DNA of 64,000 nucleotides from Escherichia coli (GTDB lineage Bacteria; Pseudomonadota; Gammaproteobacteria; Enterobacterales; Enterobacteriaceae): NCBI RefSeq assembly GCF_024298765.1, contig NZ_CP101210.1; one strand, 5' to 3'. Shown piece by piece: positions 45,206 to 54,291 of this stretch (position 1 is its first letter; each line of letters starts with the position of its first letter). The notes under the pieces were generated by a model. It saw only the letters and a program-made list of their open reading frames with translations, ran no database searches and was not told where the DNA came from. The position numbers and the translations under genes were made by a program.

Positions 45206-46468
45206 ATGGCACTGACTGACGCAAAAATCCGGGCTGCAAAGCACACTGACAAGGCTTATAAACTCACTGACGGGGCTGGCATGTTCCTGCTGGTACATCC
45301 TAATGGTTCCCGTTACTGGCGTCTCCGTTATCGTATTCTGGGTAAGGAGAAGACTCTGGCACTTGGTGTGTATCCAGAAGTTTCTCTCTCCGAAGCTCGT
45401 ACAAAACGGGATGAGGCCCGAAAACTGATTTCAGAGGGGATTGACCCTTGCGAACAGAAAAGAGTTAAAAAAGTAGTCCCTGATTTACAGCTCTCTTTTG
45501 AACATATTGCACGACGCTGGCATGCCAGTAATAAACAATGGGCACAATCACACAGCGATAAAGTACTCAAAAGCCTCGAGACACACGTTTTCCCCTTTAT
45601 CGGCAACCGGGATATCACAACACTCAATACCCCGGACCTGCTTATCCCTGTTCGTGCTGCAGAAGCAAAACAAATTTATGAAATCGCCAGTCGTCTGCAG
45701 CAAAGAATATCTGCTGTAATGCGTTACGCCGTACAGTCTGGCATCATCAGATATAACCCGGCTCTGGATATGGCTGGTGCATTGACCACGGTAAAACGCC
45801 AGCATCGCCCCGCTCTGAATCTTTCACGTCTGCCTGAACTTCTGTCGCGTATTAACAGTTATAAAGGTCAGCCTGTCACCCGGCTTGCTGTTATGCTGAA
45901 TTTACTGGTTTTTATTCGCTCCAGTGAACTCAGATATGCCCGCTGGGCTGAAATTGATATTGACAATTCAATGTGGACTATTCCAGCCGAACGCAAACCT
46001 CTGCCAGGGGTAAAATTCTCACACCGGGGCTCCAAGATGCGAACACCACATCTTGTGCCACTCAGCAAACAGGCTGTAGCCATACTGACAGAACTTCAGA
46101 CATGGGCTGGTGAAAATGGTCTGATCTTTACGGGAGCACATGACCCGCGTAAACCAATCAGTGAAAATACCGTAAATAAGGCCCTCAGAGTGATGGGGTA
46201 TGACACAACCAAGGAAGTCTGTGGCCATGGATTCCGGGCGATGGCGTGCAGTGCATTGATTGAATCAGGTTTGTGGTCCCGCGATGCTGTGGAACGTCAG
46301 ATGAGCCATCAGGAGCGTAATGGTGTACGTGCTGCGTATATCCATAAAGCAGAACATCTGGAAGAACGTCGACTGATGCTACAGTGGTGGGCAGATTTTC
46401 TGGATGCGAACAGAGATAAGGGTATCAGCCCGTTTGAATATGCAAAGATTAACAATCCATTAAAATAG
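45206..46468 (+). CDS. P4-family tyrosine integrase (island integrase adjacent to tRNA-Phe)
   Basis: ORF track 420 aa; N-terminus MALTDAKIRAAKHTDKAYKLTDGAGMFLLVHPNGSRYWRLRYR typical of P4/CP4-type integrases; C-terminal catalytic region with HGFR and Tyr; located directly 3' of a tRNA. Confidence 0.9.
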   Translation: MALTDAKIRAAKHTDKAYKLTDGAGMFLLVHPNGSRYWRLRYRILGKEKTLALGVYPEVSLSEARTKRDEARKLISEGIDPCEQKRVKKVVPDLQLSFEHIARRWHASNKQWAQSHSDKVLKSLETHVFPFIGNRDITTLNTPDLLIPVRAAEAKQIYEIASRLQQRISAVMRYAVQSGIIRYNPALDMAGALTTVKRQHRPALNLSRLPELLSRINSYKGQPVTRLAVMLNLLVFIRSSELRYARWAEIDIDNSMWTIPAERKPLPGVKFSHRGSKMRTPHLVPLSKQAVAILTELQTWAGENGLIFTGAHDPRKPISENTVNKALRVMGYDTTKEVCGHGFRAMACSALIESGLWSRDAVERQMSHQERNGVRAAYIHKAEHLEERRLMLQWWADFLDANRDKGISPFEYAKINNPLK

Positions 46469-46470
46469 TA

Positions 46471-46515
46471 AGCAGTCCGGGCTGATTGCCCGGACTGCTT
46501 TAACTGATTATTTTT
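46471..46515 (+). terminator. Candidate terminator after integrase gene
   Basis: AGCAGTCCGGGC-TGATT-GCCCGGACTGCT 12-bp stem followed by T-rich tract. Confidence 0.55.
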
Positions 46516-46843
46516 CTTTGTAAATGATGACGAAGATTGATGTTCTGGCAAGTTACTCCGGCTTCCATTAAAGTCCCTTCGTCATGTTCTTCAGGCTATT
46601 TATGACTGTGATTAGCACCAGGAATATCTGGTTTCCATGAGAGCAGGTAATACCCCCCGGTGTTTTCGGCTGTTCTGGTATCCTTGTCCAACGCAGGCAG
46701 TCATTATAAACGGTAAAAAATGTATTCACTGTTATGAAATCAATAGTCCTGACGTACTGTTGAATGTGCTTGCGTTCTGAACCTTGTACAACCAGTACAT
46801 TTGATACCGAATTATAAACAAAACATTGCATCCAACTTTTTCA

Positions 46844-46866
46844 ATATGGACAATAGTTGTCCATAT
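46844..46866. promoter_or_regulatory. Perfect 10-3-10 inverted repeat, candidate operator upstream of helicase-nuclease gene
   Basis: ATATGGACAA-TAG-TTGTCCATAT, about 55 bp upstream of ATG at 46920. Confidence 0.4.
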
Positions 46867-46919
46867 GGTGGTTTTATATTCGATAAATCAATGGATTTCA
46901 TTGAGTCATAGGACTGGTA

Positions 46920-49900
46920 ATGGATGAAAATGCTTTAGGGTTTGCCTCATACTGGCGCAACTCGCTTGCGGACGCTGAGTCAGGAAAGGGCAGTTTTGAA
47001 CGGAAAGACGCCAAAAATTTCACTCATTGGCATGGGATAGCGGCGGGACGTCTTGACGAAGCGATTGTCAGTAAATTTTTTAAGGGAGAAAAAGACGATG
47101 TCGAAACGGTCGATGTCATCTTGCGCCCAAAAGTTTATTTCCGGTTACTGCAGCATGGTAAGGACCGTTCTGCAGGTGCGCCTGATATTGTTACCCCGAT
47201 AGTGACGCCAGCCTTGCTAAGCCGTGAGGGTTTTTTATATCCGACGCCAGCGACCTCCATTCCCAGAGACCTGCTTGAACCTTTGCCAAAAGGAGCATTT
47301 TCGATTGGTGAGATTGGGCAGTATGACAAATACAAGACGACCCATACCACGTTCTCTATCAACTTTGATGACAGCGTTGATAAGACTGCCGAAACGGATG
47401 AAGAACGGGAAGAACGATATGCAGCCTTGCAGCAGGAGTGGCGTCAATATCTGGATGATTCAGAGAGGCTGCTGAAGAACGTTGCCGGCGACTGGATTAA
47501 AAATCCTGAGCAATATGAACTCGCTGAGCACGGTTATATTGTTAAAACGGCGCAATCTGGCGGTGCCAGTTTCCATATCCTTTCTCTTTATGATCACCTG
47601 CTTGTTTGCAATAAGGATGTGCCGCTCTTCAATCGATTCGCCTCGCGAGAGGTTCATGCTGCAGAGTCTTTGCTGGCCCCTGGAGCAAAATTCAGCGACA
47701 GGCTTGGACACTCCGGAGATAAGTTTCCGCTGGCAAAGGCTCAGCGCGATGCCTTAAGCCATTTTCTGGATGCTAAACATGGCGATATCCTTGCTGTTAA
47801 TGGCCCTCCTGGAACCGGAAAAACCACGCTGGTGCTTTCTATCATCGCCACGCAGTGGGCCAGAGCGGCTCTCGAAAAATCTGAGCCTCCGGTTATTATC
47901 GCGACTTCAACGAATAACCAGGCTGTAACGAACATTATTGAGGCATTCGGGAAAGACTTTTCGCAAGGTTCAGGTGCGATGGCCGGGCGATGGTTGCCAG
48001 AGCTGAAAAGCTTCGGCGCTTATTTTCCCTCAGGCAGCCGTAAAGCTGAAGCAGCCAAAAAATATCAAACTGAAGATTTCTTCAACCAGGTTGAGTCAAA
48101 AGAGTATGTAGAAGATGCACTGCTGTTTTATCTGGAAAAGGCTAAGGCAGCCTTTCCTGAAAAAGAGTGTTCATCCCCTGAAAAGGTCATTGAACTCCTG
48201 CATGGTCAGTTGGCAGCAAAATCCGAGCAACTGATAAGACTGAACGCAACATGGCAAAAGTTAAGCCAGATTCGGGCTGCGCGTGAGCTTATTGCTAATG
48301 ATATTGAGCAATATCTCAATAATTTAAATAAATTACTTTCCGGACAAGAACAAAAAATCACTCTACTGAAGAGTGCTAAAACGGAATGGAAAAAATATCG
48401 CGCCGGTGAATCACTGATCTATTCATTATTTTCCTGGCTTCCGGCGGTTCGCAGTAAGCGACAGTACCAAATACAGCTGTTTCTCGAAGATAAATTAGGT
48501 GCGCTGATTGCAGGAAATCAATGGTCTGATCCTGAAACTATCGAACGTAATATTGATGGGCTGCTCAATTCCGCTGAGCGCGAGCAAACAACATACCGGC
48601 AGCAGATTGACTCCGCCCATGAAATCATTCTTAAAGAACAGCAGGCGGTTCAGGAGTGGCAGAGACTGGCTCTTGATTTAGGGTATGAGGGCGACGAGGA
48701 ACTGAGCTTCTCACAGGCCGATGAACTGGCTGATACGCAGATTCGCTTCCCTGCATTTTTACTGACGACTCACTACTGGGAAGGTCGTTGGCTGATGGAT
48801 ATGGCCAGCATTGATGATCTGCAGGAAGAGAAGAAGAAAAAAGGCGCTAAAGGGGTAACCGCCCGTTGGCAACGTCGAATGAAACTCACTCCATGTGTGG
48901 TGATGACATGCTATATGCTGCCCGGCAATATGCAGATAAGTGAGCACAAAGGACAGCGTAAATTCGAGAAAAGTTATTTGTATGATTTTGCCGATTTACT
49001 CATTGTCGATGAAGCCGGGCAGGTGCTTCCTGAAGTGGCTGCTGCCTCGTTTGCATTAGCTAAGAAGGCATTAGTGATTGGCGATACGGAGCAGATCCCG
49101 CCAATATGGAGTATTGCTCCTGCGATTGATATCGGTAACATGCTGGCGGAAAAAATTCTGTCTGGCAGTACGCAAGAAGAGATTACCGAGAAATATACGG
49201 CAATCGCAGACCTTGGTAAAAGTGCCGCATCTGGCAGCGTTATGAAAATAGCGCAGTTTGCTTCGCGCTATCAATATGATCCCGAACTGGCTCGTGGTAT
49301 GTACCTATATGAACACCGCCGGTGCTACGACAATATTATTGGATACTGTAATACGCTCTGCTATCACGGTAAGTTGTTGCCTAAAAGAGGGCGTGAAGAG
49401 AGCAATTTAATGCCCGCAATGGGGTATCTCCATATTGATGGTAAAGGAGAGCTGGCAAGTAGTGGAAGTCGATATAATTTGCTTGAGGCTGAAACGATAG
49501 CGGTCTGGTTGGCAGAGAACCAGCAAAATATTGAAGCGCATTACGGTAAATCGCTTCATGAAGTTGTCGGTATTGTGACGCCTTTTAGCGCTCAGGTATC
49601 CACTATCAAACAGGTGCTGGGCAAACAAGGTATCAGTACGGGCACGAATGAAAAGTCGCTCACAGTGGGCACCGTGCACTCTCTTCAGGGAGCGGAAAGA
49701 GCGATTGTGATATTCTCGCCAGTCTATTCAAAACATGAAGACGGCGGGTTTATTGATAGCGATAACAGCATGCTGAATGTTGCAGTCTCCCGTGCGAAGG
49801 ACAGTTTTCTGGTCTTCGGCGATATGGACCTGTTTGAGGTCCAGCCAGCCTCATCGCCACGGGGATTACTGGCAAAATACCTCTTTGAGTCAGAGAAGAA

Positions 49901-50435
49901 TGCGCTCTCTTTTGATTATAAAGAGCGTAAGGATTTAAAAACCGCCGGGACCAAAATCTACACACTTCATGGTGTGGAGCAACATGATAATTTCCTGAAT
50001 CAGACATTTGAAAATACCAGTAAACACATCACGATAGTTTCTCCATGGCTGACCTGGCAAAGGCTGGAGCAAACCGGTTTTCTTGATTCCATGATTGCGG
50101 CGTGTTCACGTGGAATTAACGTCACGATAGTCACTGACAGAAGCTACAACACTGAACATAATGATTTTGAGAAGCGAAAAGAGAAGCAGCAGAACTTTAA
50201 AGCGGCGCTGGAGAAACTGAATGCGCTGGGTATTGCTACAAAGCTGGTAAACCGTGTTCATAGCAAAATTGTTATTGGTGATGATGGTTTGCTGTGCGTG
50301 GGATCGTTCAACTGGTTTAGTGCGACACGGGAAGCGCGATATGAACGATACGATACATCAATGGTTTATTGCGGTGATAACCTGAAGGGTGAGATTGAGG
50401 CTATTTATAATAGTCTTGAGAGGCGGCAGGTTTAG
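46920..50435 (+). CDS. Large SF1 (Upf1/DNA2-like) helicase fused to C-terminal PLD-family nuclease; candidate single-gene antiphage defence protein (type II Mokosh-like architecture)
   Basis: ORF track 1171 aa; Walker [13 protein letters not shown] (47802..47828); Walker [10 protein letters not shown] (about 49005..49022); SF1 motifs [15 protein letters not shown] and [17 protein letters not shown]-terminal HxKxxxxD motif HSKIVIGDD (50259..50282). Confidence 0.75.
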   Translation: MDENALGFASYWRNSLADAESGKGSFERKDAKNFTHWHGIAAGRLDEAIVSKFFKGEKDDVETVDVILRPKVYFRLLQHGKDRSAGAPDIVTPIVTPALLSREGFLYPTPATSIPRDLLEPLPKGAFSIGEIGQYDKYKTTHTTFSINFDDSVDKTAETDEEREERYAALQQEWRQYLDDSERLLKNVAGDWIKNPEQYELAEHGYIVKTAQSGGASFHILSLYDHLLVCNKDVPLFNRFASREVHAAESLLAPGAKFSDRLGHSGDKFPLAKAQRDALSHFLDAKHGDILAVNGPPGTGKTTLVLSIIATQWARAALEKSEPPVIIATSTNNQAVTNIIEAFGKDFSQGSGAMAGRWLPELKSFGAYFPSGSRKAEAAKKYQTEDFFNQVESKEYVEDALLFYLEKAKAAFPEKECSSPEKVIELLHGQLAAKSEQLIRLNATWQKLSQIRAARELIANDIEQYLNNLNKLLSGQEQKITLLKSAKTEWKKYRAGESLIYSLFSWLPAVRSKRQYQIQLFLEDKLGALIAGNQWSDPETIERNIDGLLNSAEREQTTYRQQIDSAHEIILKEQQAVQEWQRLALDLGYEGDEELSFSQADELADTQIRFPAFLLTTHYWEGRWLMDMASIDDLQEEKKKKGAKGVTARWQRRMKLTPCVVMTCYMLPGNMQISEHKGQRKFEKSYLYDFADLLIVDEAGQVLPEVAAASFALAKKALVIGDTEQIPPIWSIAPAIDIGNMLAEKILSGSTQEEITEKYTAIADLGKSAASGSVMKIAQFASRYQYDPELARGMYLYEHRRCYDNIIGYCNTLCYHGKLLPKRGREESNLMPAMGYLHIDGKGELASSGSRYNLLEAETIAVWLAENQQNIEAHYGKSLHEVVGIVTPFSAQVSTIKQVLGKQGISTGTNEKSLTVGTVHSLQGAERAIVIFSPVYSKHEDGGFIDSDNSMLNVAVSRAKDSFLVFGDMDLFEVQPASSPRGLLAKYLFESEKNALSFDYKERKDLKTAGTKIYTLHGVEQHDNFLNQTFENTSKHITIVSPWLTWQRLEQTGFLDSMIAACSRGINVTIVTDRSYNTEHNDFEKRKEKQQNFKAALEKLNALGIATKLVNRVHSKIVIGDDGLLCVGSFNWFSATREARYERYDTSMVYCGDNLKGEIEAIYNSLERRQV

Positions 50436-50452
50436 AGCAGGAATGGTGAGTA

Positions 50453-50487
50453 GCCATCTTACCGATCGTTTTCGAGCGTAAGATGGC
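50453..50487. terminator. Inverted repeat between convergent genes (candidate bidirectional terminator)
   Basis: GCCATCTTAC-(15 nt)-GTAAGATGGC, 10-bp perfect stem. Confidence 0.45.
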
Positions 50488-50543
50488 TGAATGGAATGGC
50501 TATTATTGCACAGTCCTTAATTATAACATTCATACCGACATGA

Positions 50544-52043
50544 TTATCTTCTGTCCGGAAGAATCAGAGGCTGTGGTTTCAGACTGTCTGCCGGTACATT
50601 CCTGTCTCCGTTAAAAACAATAACGGGTTCATTATCTTCGTCTGTCAGCGGATTGAATGGCGGTATATTTTCAGTACGAATGCCGGTCAGCCACTGAAAA
50701 ATACCTGCGAAATGACGGGCACTGATTTTTCTGCTGACGGACTGATGAGACGTGATGTCACTGGCGGTAATAATCAGGGGAACGCTGTAGCCTCCTTGTA
50801 TATGGCCATCATGATGAACAGGATTAGCACTGTCGCTGACCGACAGACCATGGTCAGAAAAGTAAAGCATGGCAAAATGACGGGAGTGCCGGCGAAGGAT
50901 ACCATCAAGCTGACCGAGAAAGTTATCCAGTTTACTGATGCTGGCGAGGTAACAGGCAATCTTTCGGGGATACTGCTCCAGGTAATGATTCGGCCAGGAG
51001 TTAAGTCGGTCACACGGATTCGGATGAGAGCCAATCATGTGCAGGAATATCACCTTCGGAGAGGATTTATCCGCCAGTGCACGTTCTGTTTCCTGTAACA
51101 ACAACATGTCATCCGTTTTACGGGAAGCAAAGCTGCCTTTCTTGAGGAAAACGGTATGCTCCGCATCAGAAGCAATAACAGAGATGCGTGTATCATGCTC
51201 CCCCAGTTTTCCCTGATTGGATATCCACCATGTGCTGTATCCTGCTTTTGCTGCCAGCGCCACCACGTTGTTGCCGGAGTCAGGGTTCTGCTCATAGTCA
51301 TAAATCAGTGTCCGGCTCAGGGAAGGTACGGTACTGGCTGCTGCCGATGTATAGCCGTCAATAAATAAACCGGGAGCCGTATTCAGCCATGGTGTGGTTG
51401 GCACGGGATAGCCATATACCGACATATAATCCCTGCGCACACTCTCACCAGTAACGATAACAATCGTGTCATACAACGGTGTTCCCGGCAGGATTTTCCA
51501 GTTGTCAGCCCCGTGCTGACTCAGTTGTTTATAACGCTGCATTTCACGCAATGTGTCAGTTGTTCCCACAACAATTCCTTTAACCATCCGCAACGGCCAG
51601 CTGTTTACAGAGCATAATACGAACAGCAGCAGTGCCAGCCAGTTACGGTGACCGCGGTGGTGTGTCCGCCAGAAAATCACCATGAATACCAGAATCGCGG
51701 CACTGACCAGAAAATGATAAACAGGAATCATCCCGGTAAACTCTGCAGCCTCATCAGCCGTGGTCTGCAGCAACGCGACAATAAAACTGTTGTTGATTTT
51801 ACCGTACGTCATACCCGCAGGCGCATACAGTGCACAACAGAACAGAAATAACAGCGTTGTAATGGATGTGAGGGTATTTCTGTGTGCAAGGAGCAGAAGG
51901 AGAAACAGAAGCAGCACATTTCCTGTGGCATTCTTCTCAGTGTATCCGCATGCAATTGTGGTTATCACAGAAATAACAAAAAAGAATAAAAACAATAAAA
52001 TCCGGGGTGTGTCGCCCGGACAAAACAGTTTTCTGATATTCAT
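50544..52043 (-). CDS. Phosphoethanolamine-transferase-family membrane protein (N-terminal multi-TM + sulfatase-like catalytic domain)
   Basis: ORF track 499 aa; hydrophobic N-terminal helices; catalytic-domain signature IVIVTGESVRRDYMSVYGYPVPTTPWL typical of the EptA/OpgE/YhbX family. Confidence 0.6.
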   Translation of the reverse strand: MNIRKLFCPGDTPRILLFLFFFVISVITTIACGYTEKNATGNVLLLFLLLLLAHRNTLTSITTLLFLFCCALYAPAGMTYGKINNSFIVALLQTTADEAAEFTGMIPVYHFLVSAAILVFMVIFWRTHHRGHRNWLALLLFVLCSVNSWPLRMVKGIVVGTTDTLREMQRYKQLSQHGADNWKILPGTPLYDTIVIVTGESVRRDYMSVYGYPVPTTPWLNTAPGLFIDGYTSAAASTVPSLSRTLIYDYEQNPDSGNNVVALAAKAGYSTWWISNQGKLGEHDTRISVIASDAEHTVFLKKGSFASRKTDDMLLLQETERALADKSSPKVIFLHMIGSHPNPCDRLNSWPNHYLEQYPRKIACYLASISKLDNFLGQLDGILRRHSRHFAMLYFSDHGLSVSDSANPVHHDGHIQGGYSVPLIITASDITSHQSVSRKISARHFAGIFQWLTGIRTENIPPFNPLTDEDNEPVIVFNGDRNVPADSLKPQPLILPDRR

Positions 52044-52097
52044 CGGAGTATATCGACAACATTATTATGAAGAGAACAGGATAATAAAAATCAGAAA

Positions 52098-52116
52098 TTA
52101 TCTGTAAAACAGATAA
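52098..52116. promoter_or_regulatory. Perfect 8-3-8 palindrome upstream of transferase gene (candidate operator)
   Basis: TTATCTGT-AAA-ACAGATAA about 55 bp upstream of start codon at 52043. Confidence 0.35.
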
Positions 52117-52123
52117 CAGACAA

Positions 52124-52146
52124 CCCTGCAGCAATAGACTGCAGGG
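52124..52146 (-). terminator. Candidate terminator downstream of outer-membrane protein gene
   Basis: CCCTGCAG-(7 nt)-CTGCAGGG stem-loop with T-rich flanks. Confidence 0.45.
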
Positions 52147-52224
52147 TGTTTCTGTTTAATTGCAGAAGATATACAATTATATTAATTACAGAATATTCGT
52201 GATTATCTCTCGGGAACAGTGTTG

Positions 52225-52965
52225 TCAGAAGTTATAAGTCACACCAAGCATGATGTCATGACTTTTAACATCAACTTCTGACTTATATTTATCGCCCCAC
52301 TCGTCCTTGTAACTCACACTGCTGTCACCTGCATCAAGATAGCGATAGCTGAGGTCCAGAGCGATATCCGGGGTTACGTCATAGCGGACACCCGCGCCAA
52401 GGTTCCATGCGAAGTTGTCAGCAGAGCCTGAACGTGACAACGATTCGCGACCACTGCTTCCGTACTCATAATCCCAGGTACTGATACCGGTTGTTTTCTG
52501 GTGAATTCTGGCGTAGCCAATCCCTGCAGATATCCAAGGTGTGAATGCGCTGTCATTCCGGAAGTCATAGTACGCATTCAGCATTAGTGTGTTGACTGAC
52601 ACCTCATTCTTCAGGTCATCACGCCAGTAACCACCTGACCAACTGTCTTTATCTACGTTATACTTCGAATCAGCTTTTCCACGAGCGTAAAACTCCAGTT
52701 CTGTACGAACCGGAATACTGAACTGCGGATAAAAATCATAACCAGCCGCGATACCACCACTGAATACCGTATCATGGTCATCGCCGCCTTTATACTTTGA
52801 CGTTTCTTCCTCATCTCCTGACAGGAAACGCTGGTCTGAAAGTGACACCACAGAGGTACCGGCTTTACCGGTCAGATAAAAACCGCTTTTACCTTCCTCA
52901 GCACCTGCATTTGCTGCAAATACACAGGCTGCGGCCACCACTGAAACAGCAAAAACCTTTTTCAT
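52225..52965 (-). CDS. Outer-membrane beta-barrel protein (porin-like)
   Basis: ORF track 246 aa; signal peptide ending ANA-GAEE; alternating hydrophobic/aromatic strands; C-terminal aromatic residue (..GVTYNF). Confidence 0.6.
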   Translation of the reverse strand: MKKVFAVSVVAAACVFAANAGAEEGKSGFYLTGKAGTSVVSLSDQRFLSGDEEETSKYKGGDDHDTVFSGGIAAGYDFYPQFSIPVRTELEFYARGKADSKYNVDKDSWSGGYWRDDLKNEVSVNTLMLNAYYDFRNDSAFTPWISAGIGYARIHQKTTGISTWDYEYGSSGRESLSRSGSADNFAWNLGAGVRYDVTPDIALDLSYRYLDAGDSSVSYKDEWGDKYKSEVDVKSHDIMLGVTYNF

Positions 52966-53399
52966 TTCAATTATCTCCGTTATTGCTCCGTTGCTGCAAG
53001 CAGTACTCAGTGCATTTTAAAACCCGCCATGCTATAGCCTCAATCGAATAAAATCGATCGAATCGATCGATGATATCGATCGTCATTAACCAGAAATTTT
53101 TATCGTATTCAGTCAGCACAGACACAACAAATGCATGCCATGCAGGCAGCCATGCCCCGTCGCGACAGATGGTAGCAGTGGGCTGGCGAAGAGCAGAATT
53201 AATAAAATTTGTTTATTCTGTCAGGAGATAAGGTGTCACCTGTTCATGAACACAATTAAGGAAGAGACATACATGAGCTGACTGGCAGTCCAGAGTGCAT
53301 GCGGTTACAAGCCGGAAAGGTGAACCGGTATAACCAGTGAGCAGAGTTTGTGAAGGGGGGATATAAAAAAGCCCACTGCATGGCTGCGGGTAAAGAGTC

Positions 53400-53800
53400 A
53401 GTTATTTCCGGCGTTTTTCAAGGTAGTTGTCGCCTGATGTAATAAAATTACGTTATGCCGCTTCTTTTTCTGGATTCAGATAAACTGCCTGAATGAGTTC
53501 CCAGTCACGCAACTGTTTGCTCCAGCGCTCAGGATGACGCTTGCGAGCTTCGCGATAAACTTTTTTTCTGGCTTCCAGTATTTGTGCATCAATTCCGCGA
53601 TGGCGTTCATCCGGAGTAACATACTTAATACCGCTGTGCTTGTGTTCCAGGTTGTACCATTACGTGAACTTGCTTAACCAACTTCTGGCTTCATCTATGG
53701 TTCGAAAACCATTCTCCGGCCACCATGAACAATACTTAATCGTCCGGAAGAGCGATTCGGAATAAAGAAGTGTTACTGGCAGTTCTTTCATCGCATCAGT
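53400..53800 (-). pseudogene. Remnant of rve/DDE-type transposase C-terminus (in-frame stop)
   Basis: Manual minus-strand translation gives ..SESLFRTIKY..EARSWLSKFT*WYNLEHKHSGIKYVTPDERHRG..; integrase-core C-terminal motif interrupted by TAA. Confidence 0.5.
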
Positions 53801-53820
53801 GAAAACCAGCAGGGCACTGC

Positions 53821-54242
53821 TCACCAGAGCAACACAGGAAAGTGAACCCGAACAAAAGTTCCTGTACCATTTTCTCCCAGCAGACGTGAGGCTTGTTCCA
53901 GTGACGCTGGTATACGTCCCAGCCGGACATCAAGTGCGCCGATGGCTATTGCCTGAAATCGCATCGTACAGCAAATCACCAACAGGACACCGACAGACAT
54001 TAAAGGTAACCCCCTGTAATCCAGTAGTTCCGACAGCCAGCGGTCATTTAGGGAGTCAGAAAACCAATCGCCAGAATCGTGCCCGGAAAGGCATAACCCA
54101 GCGACGCCCCTCTCATCACACCGCGCCTGAACAGTGGCATAGCGTTGAGGAATTCCGGGCATTCCAGACTACGAGCAGACTGACAAAAATTACGACAAAG
54201 CGTTGAAGGAAGCCAGCGCGCGGACTGACAGGACTTTACCAT
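53821..54242 (-). pseudogene. Fragment resembling an ABC-transporter permease
   Basis: Short ORFs with ..LGRIPASLEQASRLLGENGTGTFVRVHFPVLL.. and ..PGTILAIGFL.., resembling the conserved permease loop; no full-length frame. Confidence 0.35.
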
Positions 54243-54291
54243 AAAAACACAGGCTAACCGCGCCTGCGTTTTTAATGACGGATAAACAGAA

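Noticed and set aside
46568-46831. 87-aa minus-strand ORF in the integrase/helicase intergenic region
   Set aside because: AT-rich promoter region, no RBS or motif support; likely spurious
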